Program-made: the position numbers and the translations under genes | DNA from: Candidatus Bipolaricaulota bacterium | Lineage (GTDB): Bacteria > Bipolaricaulota > Bipolaricaulia > M55B111 | NCBI GenBank assembly: GCA_021735245.1 | Contig: JAIPHJ010000004.1 | Location: 14,652 to 78,651 of the forward strand | DNA length: 64,000 nt | Direction: 5' to 3' | Shown: one piece after another, positions 39,143-47,100 of the stretch | How positions within the stretch are numbered: the first letter of the stretch is position 1 | Layout of the letters: each line of letters opens with the position of its first letter | Notes under the pieces: model-generated | What the model saw: the letters and a program-made list of their open reading frames with translations, nothing else | Told to the model about the DNA's origin: nothing | Databases searched by the model: none

Positions 39143-39214
39143 GGGAACTTTTTTGCTGGGATCAGCAGACGATATGAAATTGACTGGACGTCGGGTTAGT
39201 AAAAGGAAAAGCAA

Positions 39215-40753
39215 ATGATAATATCTACTGATGTTTTTACGTATTTCTTTTTGGTCTTTTGCGGGCTTTACAATGGATTCCTATTTTTAAGCTTTATGTG
39301 GTTTTCTGTAAGTCTGAAGATCCTCAAGAATAAGAAACAAACGAAACCTTCGATCGGCAAATCCGACTTGCCCACCATCACTATTATGATCCCCCTACTG
39401 AACGAGGAAAACGTAATTGAAAACTCCATCACTAGATTGCTGGAAATGCCATATGAAGGTAAATTAGAAGTACTCGCCGTGGACGATAATAGTGCCGATG
39501 TAACTCCAGTAATTTTGTCTCGGTTGAGCAAAAACAAATCGGATTTTTATTATCTCCAGAGAAACCAACCCAGGGCTCAAATAGGTAAGGGCGACGTGCT
39601 TAATCAGGGATACGATTATTTACGATATAAGAAATTTCCGAACCGAGACCCTGATAACTGGATAATCGGAGTATTTGACGCGGACGGCAGGCCGGTAGAG
39701 AGAGACTTCTTCTCTAAAGTCGGAGAGCTTTTCGTTGACCCGGAAGTATCCGCTGCTCAATGTGGCGTCAGAATAAGAAATACATCCAAGCTAATTGCGG
39801 CTCTTCAGGATGTCGAATTCTCTACTTTTTCATTTATGACACAGATAGTAAGGGATAATACTTCCGGCGCAGTAGCACTTGGGGGTAACGGTCAGTTTAT
39901 CCGGGCCTCTTCGCTCGACAGCGTGAGGGCGGACGATAGATACTGGAACAACAGTGCCCTCACGGAGGATTTGGAGATAGGAACGAGGATACTGCTGTCG
40001 GGAGGACGGATTAGATTCATCAACAGGTGGGTCAGCCAGGAGGGTGTGGAATCAGCCCGGGCTCTCTTCAAGCAGCGGATAAGATGGGCCTGGGGAGCAC
40101 TGCAGGTTTTTATGAGTTACGTGCTCGGGGGTAAAATTCTCCGATCTTCCATACCGACCCGGCGTAAAATCGATCTCCATTACTATTTGAGCTTCTGGAT
40201 CGTGCCTTTTGTCGTAATGGCTACGCTGGGATTATTTCTACTGGACCAGGTGAACTTAATTACTATCGCAAATAGGTTTGGATTGATATTCTTGCTCATA
40301 AATTCATTCAGCTTTATTCCTCTTATCCTGACGGGATTAATCTGGGCCGGGGTAGGCTGGAGGAGAATACTCTATCTAACCCCAGTAACTATCGTATATA
40401 CCTATCACTGGATACCTGTTCTATTTGTCGCCTTCTTCAAGATTCTTACCAGTAGGAAACCTCACTGGGTGAAGACTGAGCGGTACGAGGAGTACGCGCA
40501 TAACGAAGCTTACCAGCCTCGAGGGACGAAACTGGGTGATATCCTGGTGGACCTGGGTATTTGTTCACCGGAGTTAATCAGTAAAGCGCTGGAACAGCAA
40601 AGTTTAGGCCAGCATAAGGAACTTCTGGGCGAGATTTTGACGAATAAATTGGGTCTAACAGAATCCGAACTGGCCTACGCAATGGATGTTCAACGGCACT
40701 TACTCAAGGATAGTTACCCGGAAGAGGCCTTCCAGGTAAATTATACTACATAA
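39215..40753 (+). CDS. Processive family-2 glycosyltransferase (polysaccharide synthase) with C-terminal MshEN-like c-di-GMP-binding motif pair
   Basis: GT2 motifs are present in order: VDDNS, FDADG, ALTEDLEIG (TED) and KQRIRWAWG (QxxRW). TM segments flank the catalytic domain. The C-terminal tail is KLGDILVDLGICSPELISKALEQQ ... LLGEILTNKLGLTESELAYAMDVQ. Confidence 0.8.
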   Translation: MIISTDVFTYFFLVFCGLYNGFLFLSFMWFSVSLKILKNKKQTKPSIGKSDLPTITIMIPLLNEENVIENSITRLLEMPYEGKLEVLAVDDNSADVTPVILSRLSKNKSDFYYLQRNQPRAQIGKGDVLNQGYDYLRYKKFPNRDPDNWIIGVFDADGRPVERDFFSKVGELFVDPEVSAAQCGVRIRNTSKLIAALQDVEFSTFSFMTQIVRDNTSGAVALGGNGQFIRASSLDSVRADDRYWNNSALTEDLEIGTRILLSGGRIRFINRWVSQEGVESARALFKQRIRWAWGALQVFMSYVLGGKILRSSIPTRRKIDLHYYLSFWIVPFVVMATLGLFLLDQVNLITIANRFGLIFLLINSFSFIPLILTGLIWAGVGWRRILYLTPVTIVYTYHWIPVLFVAFFKILTSRKPHWVKTERYEEYAHNEAYQPRGTKLGDILVDLGICSPELISKALEQQSLGQHKELLGEILTNKLGLTESELAYAMDVQRHLLKDSYPEEAFQVNYTT

Positions 40754-40893
40754 AGCTTTAAAGAAATAAGGGGAAATACGGGTTGCTAATTTTGTAAATA
40801 AAAACTGGTTCACTGTCTAAAGTAAAATTGAAATAGTTGTTGTATCAAATGGATACGCTAGAAACATTCTACTAAAAAGTAGAGGAGGAGCAA

Positions 40894-42003
40894 ATGTTCG
40901 ATTTAAATGCTGTAAATAATCAGCTGAGGAGGTACTTTGTCAAAAAGTATCTAGTTTTAGGACTAGTCATCCTTATGGGATCGAGTTTATTGGTCTCGCT
41001 CCCCGTAATGGGTCAGTTATTAGACCCTTCACGATGCAACTATAAGCCAATTCACGGGACCTGGTATATAGGATGGGATAGCGGAAGTTATGCATCCGGA
41101 ACAGTAGAAAGGGATTTATACAGGATAAAGAACGGTCTGTGTTCTGCTTATATTTCTCTACAGGCTAACGTCTATCAGGACAATAAGTATTCCAGCGATC
41201 CCTATATAGGTGTTAGAACAGTAGACGACGAAACTATGGCCAATGTAGTGAATAAAGTTCACGAGTTAGGTATGAAGGTGGTTCTTTTGACCCCCCTTCG
41301 CCCTGACGATGGAACCTGGGAAGGGGAGATACAGCCCAGAGACCTGGAAACTTGGTTCGATCACTGGGAGCAAATACTCGTTCATTACGCTAAGTTCGCC
41401 GAGGAACACGAGGTAGACGTTTTGCTTCTCGGGTCGGAGCTCCCCACTTTGAGGGATGTTTCCGGGAGATGGAAGGAAATTATTGCAGAGGTCCGAAAGT
41501 ACTATTCGGGAGAGATCAGCTTCTCGGTGAACTTCTGGACCAAGAGGTCTGAGTTCAGAGCAGTGCTAAATATGACTCAATGGGAAGACATGGACTACAT
41601 TGGCATCACGGGTTATTTTGAATTAACCCCTTCCAATAATCCTTCAATTGACCGATTAAGACGGGCCTGGTCTTCGGACCTGCACGGCCAGAACGTACTG
41701 AAGGACTTAAAGAGGATCAGAAATAAGTTCGATAAGCCCGTAGTATTCTGGGAAATAGGCTATCAGAGCAAGAACGGAACAAATACCTACCCCTGGAATT
41801 ACCTGAAAGAAGGTAAAAAAGACGAAGGTGAGCAAAGGGACAGCTGGATAGGATTTTTACAGGCTATCAAGGATAAAGATTGGATCCACGGGTTCATGGC
41901 ATTTGCGGAGCAGGTAGGTTTACCCGAAGACAAGCCAGGTTACCACGGTTACAATATGTTAGGAAAAAGAACTCAGACTGTTTTCTGTAATATCTGCCAG
42001 TAA
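40894..42003 (+). CDS. Membrane-anchored clan-GH-A-like glycoside hydrolase (tentative)
   Basis: 369-aa ORF with an N-terminal hydrophobic anchor (YLVLGLVILMGSSLLVSLPV). The candidate acid/base lies in LLLGSELPTL and the candidate nucleophile in VVFWEIGYQS, about 105 aa apart as in (beta/alpha)8 clan A enzymes. AGGAGGAG SD upstream. Confidence 0.55.
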   Translation: MFDLNAVNNQLRRYFVKKYLVLGLVILMGSSLLVSLPVMGQLLDPSRCNYKPIHGTWYIGWDSGSYASGTVERDLYRIKNGLCSAYISLQANVYQDNKYSSDPYIGVRTVDDETMANVVNKVHELGMKVVLLTPLRPDDGTWEGEIQPRDLETWFDHWEQILVHYAKFAEEHEVDVLLLGSELPTLRDVSGRWKEIIAEVRKYYSGEISFSVNFWTKRSEFRAVLNMTQWEDMDYIGITGYFELTPSNNPSIDRLRRAWSSDLHGQNVLKDLKRIRNKFDKPVVFWEIGYQSKNGTNTYPWNYLKEGKKDEGEQRDSWIGFLQAIKDKDWIHGFMAFAEQVGLPEDKPGYHGYNMLGKRTQTVFCNICQ

Positions 42004-42101
42004 CCTCTTCAGATGCTCTTACAGGGCGGAGCATTAGCTTCGCCCTATTCAATCACAAAATCATCTGAAATAATATTTTAGCTTATATAAAGAGGAAGGT
42101 C

Positions 42102-42869
42102 ATGGAAAAATATTCTGAAGCAATTAATCGAAGATATGAATACAAATATTTAATCGGGCGGGAACTTGTCAGGGGAGTTACGGGTTTTCTATCTCAGTAC
42201 CTGGAGCTAGACGAATATTGCAGGGAAAGGGAAAATAACAGTTACACCGTGAGGAGTATTTATTACGATAACCCCAGATTTACGTGTTTCCACGAAAAAC
42301 TCGACGGGCAGAAATACAGGGAGAAGTTCAGGATCAGAACTTACAACAATCCGGGTACCGCTTCTATATTTCTGGAAGACAAGAAGAAGAATGGATCATT
42401 TTACGAAAAACGCCGGGCCGAACTCAGTGAGGATACAATGAGAATAATAGATGATCCCCATTTTGACGGTAATGAGGAAAGGCCCATACCTGAAAAGGAT
42501 AAATCGCTTATTGAGAGATTTCTCTTTCACCTCCGTGGTAAAGCTTATTTTCCCGCAGCACTGGTTGCTTACGACCGCGAGGCCTACGTAGAACCTGGTG
42601 GCAATAATATCAGAGTTACCCTGGACAAGAACCTTAGAGCGGCGTCATTTCCCAGCCTGGATCAGATATTCGAGGAAGAAAGATTGGAGTACATACTGTA
42701 TAACTGGATCATTTTAGAAGTCAAGTTCTCTCAGCTCTTGCCGAGGTGGCTCAAACGGTTAGTCTCGTTATTCAATCTCAATCGCCAGGCCTGTTCCAAG
42801 TACTGTACCAGCCTAGGACATTTCCTGGGAGAAGCCCCCGAGTTAAAAGGAAGTGTGGCTAATGTTTGA
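42102..42869 (+). CDS. VTC-domain (CYTH/triphosphate-tunnel, polyphosphate-polymerase-like) protein
   Basis: 255-aa ORF with RRYEYKYLI at the N-terminus, VRSIYYDNP, REKFRIRTY (basic tunnel residues) and IILEVKF. This is the pattern of bacterial VTC-domain proteins. Confidence 0.75.
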   Translation: MEKYSEAINRRYEYKYLIGRELVRGVTGFLSQYLELDEYCRERENNSYTVRSIYYDNPRFTCFHEKLDGQKYREKFRIRTYNNPGTASIFLEDKKKNGSFYEKRRAELSEDTMRIIDDPHFDGNEERPIPEKDKSLIERFLFHLRGKAYFPAALVAYDREAYVEPGGNNIRVTLDKNLRAASFPSLDQIFEEERLEYILYNWIILEVKFSQLLPRWLKRLVSLFNLNRQACSKYCTSLGHFLGEAPELKGSVANV

Positions 42870-43548
42870 TCAACTCGATCCTGCTGTAATTTCTCTGGTT
42901 GACGTAGTTATTGCAATTACCGTCACTTTATTCCTCGGACTTTTCATAGGCTTTATCTATAGAAAGGTTACTCCGGGTTCCAGTTATTCAGTTTCAATAC
43001 TGTATGCCTTGCTTTATCTTTCGATGATAGTCTCCCTGGTGATGATGATAATTTCTAACCAGATTGCCCGTGCCTTCACCCTTGTAGGTGCCCTTTCGGT
43101 AATCAGATTTCGGACGCCCATCAAGGATGCAAAAGATACTGCTTTTATTTTCCTCGCTCTTGCCGCTGGAATGGGAACGGGCGTTGGATTATATATGGAG
43201 ACGATTCTGGGCACCGGGCTTATTGGGATATTCATATTATTAATCCATCGCTCAAGAGTTGGCCTCCAGATGAGTAAAGAAACTTTAGTTAAATTCACCA
43301 TCCCTCTTACCAACGGAAAGGACACTTCCTATCATCAAGAGGTTTTCGAAAGCTTTCTGCGAGATTATAAACTGGTAAATACCAGGTCTCTACAGGACAG
43401 CGATAGACTGGAGTTAACGTTTCTGGTGAAACCACTGGGAACCACCGAAAACATTAAATTCTCCCAGGCACTATCCTCCGTACCCGATATTCAAAGGGTG
43501 TCGGTAATGGCACTGGACGAAGAAGATTTTACCAGTAACGTCCTCTAG
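42862..43548 (+). CDS. DUF4956-family membrane protein
   Basis: It has four N-terminal hydrophobic segments, including the family hallmark LSVIRFRTPIKDAKDTAFIFLALAAGMGTG, followed by a soluble C-terminal domain. The ATG at 42862 overlaps the VTC stop (ATGTTTGA). The ORF track gives a GTG at 42853. Confidence 0.72.
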   Translation: MFDQLDPAVISLVDVVIAITVTLFLGLFIGFIYRKVTPGSSYSVSILYALLYLSMIVSLVMMIISNQIARAFTLVGALSVIRFRTPIKDAKDTAFIFLALAAGMGTGVGLYMETILGTGLIGIFILLIHRSRVGLQMSKETLVKFTIPLTNGKDTSYHQEVFESFLRDYKLVNTRSLQDSDRLELTFLVKPLGTTENIKFSQALSSVPDIQRVSVMALDEEDFTSNVL

Positions 43549-43570
43549 CGATTAATAAAGGAGAATAAGC

Positions 43571-46030
43571 ATGTCTGATACTATAGATTTCCGCCGGAAA
43601 GGTATTTTCGTCGTTCTGTTTCTTGGCCTGCTGGCTCTGATCCTGGTTGATTTTATGGTTTCGTCCCAGCCAGAATCCGTCGTTATAAACGAACTTTTAG
43701 CCTCCAATCAGGAAAGGCTTGCTGACGGTGACGGAGATCTCGAAGACTGGGTAGAGCTGTATAACCCGACCAATGAAGCAATTAACTTAGAAGGTTATAC
43801 CTTAACGGATAGGCCAAAAAACCCGACGAAATGGAGGTTTCCGGACGTTACAATTAATCCTAAGGGGTTTTTGCTTCTCTGGGCTTCCGGAAAAGACCGG
43901 CGAGCTCCCGGTAATTGGGACTTCAAAACACCTCTCAATCTGAAGTTTGAGAGTGCGGGCTATTCCGCCGGGAATTTTGCCAGCATACTGATCAATGGGA
44001 AAGAGAAATCCTTCAACCAAAGGGGGATAAACATAGCCAGACTCGATGAGGATGGCAATTTCGTGGAAAACACTGCATACGATACCTGGGCAACCCGGGA
44101 AGCCGCAGATAGTTTGGTTCGGTATTTAGACAAATTGCCGAAGGGAGATATCGTCGTATTTACAATTAAGGATGAGGCATCTCAAAATCTGCATGCGAGA
44201 GCTCGATCGGCTCTGGAGGAACTGGGGAGCGAATACATCGGCCGGCTTTCCTACTGGGATTCCTGGGGAATGATCGCGGTTGTGGGAAAAGATAAATTAT
44301 TAGAAGTCTACAAAACCAGCGGTGAGGGTGTTGCTACGGGCTCATTAGTAAGTAAGATGAATTTACATACTAATTTTAACCTGAATACAAACGGGGAGTC
44401 TTTGAACTTATTCGCTCCGAATGGTACCCTCGTGGACTCGCTGGATTTTAAGCAACAGGTCCAGAACGTTTCTTTCGGCCGCCACCCTGATGGCGGGAAT
44501 GACTGGTGTTATTTTTCTAAGCCAACGCCGGTTGGGCCCAATAATACCGCGTGTGCTACTGGAGTGACAAATACTCCCAGATCTTCTATTAAGAGAGGAT
44601 TTTACGAAGAACCCGTTAAAGTAAAACTTACTTCCTCCGGCAACTCGAAACTTTACTATACTTTAGATGGTTCCGTACCCACTAAAGCAAGCCGACAATA
44701 TTCCAAACCTCTGGTCATCGAGGAGACGAAAGTACTTCGGGTCCGGGCGTTCAAGGACGGCCTGATTCCCAGCGAAGTCCTAACCAGAACCCTTTTCATC
44801 AATCAATCCCATAGCCTGCCAGTTCTCTCGCTGATAACCGATCCAGCAAACTTATGGGAGGAGTACACCGGAATCTATACTGAGGGTCGCTATCCAGCCC
44901 ATCCAAATTACCTGCAGCGGGGAGGAGACTGGGAGCGACCGGCCGTTTTTGAATTCTACGAAGATGACACCTCCCTAGGCTTTGTCTTAACTGCCGGTAT
45001 TAGGATTCATGGGGGATACACCAGAACTTACCCTAAAAAAAGCTTTAGGCTGCACTTCTCAAAAAAATATGGTAAGGAAGAACTAAATTATCCAGTATTC
45101 ACGGAAGAGGGATTCGCTAAACCCGACTCAACTGGGTTTAAACACTTGATCATCAGAAATGCGGGACAGGACGGTTATGGTAGCAGGCCCCGAATTCGCG
45201 ACCCTCTATTGCACGCCCTCTGGGCAGAAGAAGGAGGTTTATTCTCCGCGAAAAGATCGGCTTTCGTATACCTTAATGGAGAGCCGTGGGGTATTTATAA
45301 CATTCGGGAGCGAATTGACGAACACTATATTGCCTCGAATTCTACCGGGAAAGTTACAGATCTTATCAAAGCCACGAACGTCGTGAAAGGTAATGTATTT
45401 CATTGGAGGAAAACTCTCGATTACTTCGAACATTCTGATTTGAGCGAGGAGGATAACTATGCACGAGTACAGAAATTCATAGACATAAATAACTTTACTG
45501 ACTTTTGGATCTTCCAAATTTACAGCGCAAACGTCGATATTGACGGAAATCTGATAAAATACCGAGCTGAGTCATCCGAGGGAAAATGGAAGTGGATACT
45601 ATGGGATATGGACATGGCCCTGGGTTTGTATCCAGAGGCACCCTCACATAATACCCTTGTGTGGCATACAAGAGAAAAACATAGGCCAGCTTATGGCCAC
45701 GACTGGGCTGATGGCGATCTACGCATTCCCATGATGCTTAGAAAGTTACTGGAAAACGAAGAATACCGCAGTTACTTTATAAACCGATTTGACCAGCTGC
45801 TGAACACAACCCTGCACCCGGACCACGTTGTTGCCACGATCGATGAACTGGCCTCGATCATCGAGCCGGAAATCCCCCTGGAGATGGAGCGCTGGAGTGA
45901 TGAGTGGGGAGGCTCATCAGTCGAAGAATGGCAGGCCCACCTCAACGGACTACGCGAATTTGCCAGACGGCGCCCACGATATCTGCGAGAGCACATAATT
46001 GATTACTTTGAGCTAACTGATTTTCGGTAA
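43571..46030 (+). CDS. Membrane-anchored multidomain CotH-family kinase (LTD + ILEI/GG-like + CHB_HEX_C-like + CotH)
   Basis: 819-aa ORF with an N-terminal anchor (GIFVVLFLGLLALILVDFMV). The lamin-tail-like segment is INELLASNQ...DWVELYNPTNEAINLEGYTLTD. The ILEI/FAM3-like segment is GINIARLDEDGNFVENTAYDTW...IVVFTIKDEAS...WDSWGMIAVVGK. The chitobiase-C-like segment is LYYTLDGSVPTKASRQYSKPLVIEETKVLRVRAF. The CotH core contains IRIHGGYTRTYPKKSFRLHF. Confidence 0.8.
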   Translation: MSDTIDFRRKGIFVVLFLGLLALILVDFMVSSQPESVVINELLASNQERLADGDGDLEDWVELYNPTNEAINLEGYTLTDRPKNPTKWRFPDVTINPKGFLLLWASGKDRRAPGNWDFKTPLNLKFESAGYSAGNFASILINGKEKSFNQRGINIARLDEDGNFVENTAYDTWATREAADSLVRYLDKLPKGDIVVFTIKDEASQNLHARARSALEELGSEYIGRLSYWDSWGMIAVVGKDKLLEVYKTSGEGVATGSLVSKMNLHTNFNLNTNGESLNLFAPNGTLVDSLDFKQQVQNVSFGRHPDGGNDWCYFSKPTPVGPNNTACATGVTNTPRSSIKRGFYEEPVKVKLTSSGNSKLYYTLDGSVPTKASRQYSKPLVIEETKVLRVRAFKDGLIPSEVLTRTLFINQSHSLPVLSLITDPANLWEEYTGIYTEGRYPAHPNYLQRGGDWERPAVFEFYEDDTSLGFVLTAGIRIHGGYTRTYPKKSFRLHFSKKYGKEELNYPVFTEEGFAKPDSTGFKHLIIRNAGQDGYGSRPRIRDPLLHALWAEEGGLFSAKRSAFVYLNGEPWGIYNIRERIDEHYIASNSTGKVTDLIKATNVVKGNVFHWRKTLDYFEHSDLSEEDNYARVQKFIDINNFTDFWIFQIYSANVDIDGNLIKYRAESSEGKWKWILWDMDMALGLYPEAPSHNTLVWHTREKHRPAYGHDWADGDLRIPMMLRKLLENEEYRSYFINRFDQLLNTTLHPDHVVATIDELASIIEPEIPLEMERWSDEWGGSSVEEWQAHLNGLREFARRRPRYLREHIIDYFELTDFR

Positions 46031-46186
46031 TAAAAATGCCAAAAACCAGGAAGGAAAATCTTCAAGTCAATACGGTTTTTGCTGACGAAAGGTCCGTGGC
46101 AGGGCTTATATTTCCAGATCATTCCCGTAACCATTGAGGCTAACCCAGCAAAAAAGTATGAATTTGCCAGTGAGGGGGATAAATAA
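46031..46186 (+). pseudogene. In-frame relic of the CotH C-terminal repeat module behind a TAA-TAA double stop
   Basis: The same frame as CotH continues after TAATAA as KCQKPGRKIFKSIRFLLTKGPWQGLYFQIIPVTIEANPAKKYEFASEGDK. This resembles the W-G-x-YF...PVT-x-x-A-x-P...Y-x-F tail found on many CotH proteins. Confidence 0.4.
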
Positions 46187-46667
46187 CTCCCAGATAACCA
46201 TAACTATTTCACTGGATAAAAACTTACACTCAAGGCACTTATTTGACCCTCACAACAATATATCCCTCTTTTATTTGAGTTAGAAAGTTTGTTTTTGTTA
46301 GCCCGCTAAATTGTCCATCGGTGAAGAGTTCCGCCAGTTTTCTTCGAGCTTTTAATCGTGGGACCCATTTCCTTTAATGAAGCCATTTGGGGTAAAGAAA
46401 TCGCTTTAATCGCGCTATCTCAGAACAGAGGGTGGGGCATTACGCCCGATTCATGGACTTGCCACGGCGATTTCAGTTTAATTAAACCTTGCGGATTCAT
46501 CCCCGTTCACAGGACGGGGTATTCTCCGTGAAACAATAGTTGTCGGTGGCGAGCTAATCCTGTAGGAAAATGAAATGGGAACAGGGAAGATCAAAAACCC
46601 GTCCTTAGTTGGTGCTGACATTTGCTTCATCTCTTGCAGTTATCTTCTTCCTGCAGCGCCTCCTGCT

Positions 46668-47095
46668 TTAATGAACGCTGCCTCTCTGCCGCTTTGCCCA
46701 GGAATCCAATTCCTTGATTTTCTCAAGATTCCGGGACAAAAAGTACCGGTAGGCTCCACAGAGATAGGATTTACCTTCCGGCCCACCCGGTAGCCCCCTG
46801 TAACGCTGGCAACCTCCATAGCAGTAGGGAAGGAAGTCACAGTTCTTGCATTCCCCGGTGAGATTTACTCTGCCTTCCGCAAAACTTCTGAACTCCTCTC
46901 CGCTGGCTATCTTCGGAGGGACCTCTCATTTAAGTTACCAAGTTTCTGGTCCTCCACCACGAAGAAGTCACAGGGGTAGATGTCCCCGTTGTGTTCTACT
47001 ACCAAGTAGGAACCACAGCGAGCATCAATCTTGCACATGGCAGGTTCGTTGCCCCGGGTAACGTTTACCAACGACTCGAAGTAACTGATTTTCTC
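46668..47095 (-). pseudogene. 3' remnant of a radical-SAM/SPASM maturase (anaerobic sulfatase-maturase-like), frameshifted and 5'-truncated
   Basis: On the minus strand, the upstream part reads ...CKIDARCGSYLVVEHNGDIYPCDFFVVEDQKLGNLNERSL. A frame change occurs near 46915-46925. The remainder reads EEFRSFAEGRVNLTGECKNCDFLPYCYGGCQRYRGLPGGPEGKSYLCGAYRYFL. The radical-SAM core is absent, because the FGGY gene ends at 47101. Confidence 0.7.
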
Positions 47096-47100
47096 TCAAA

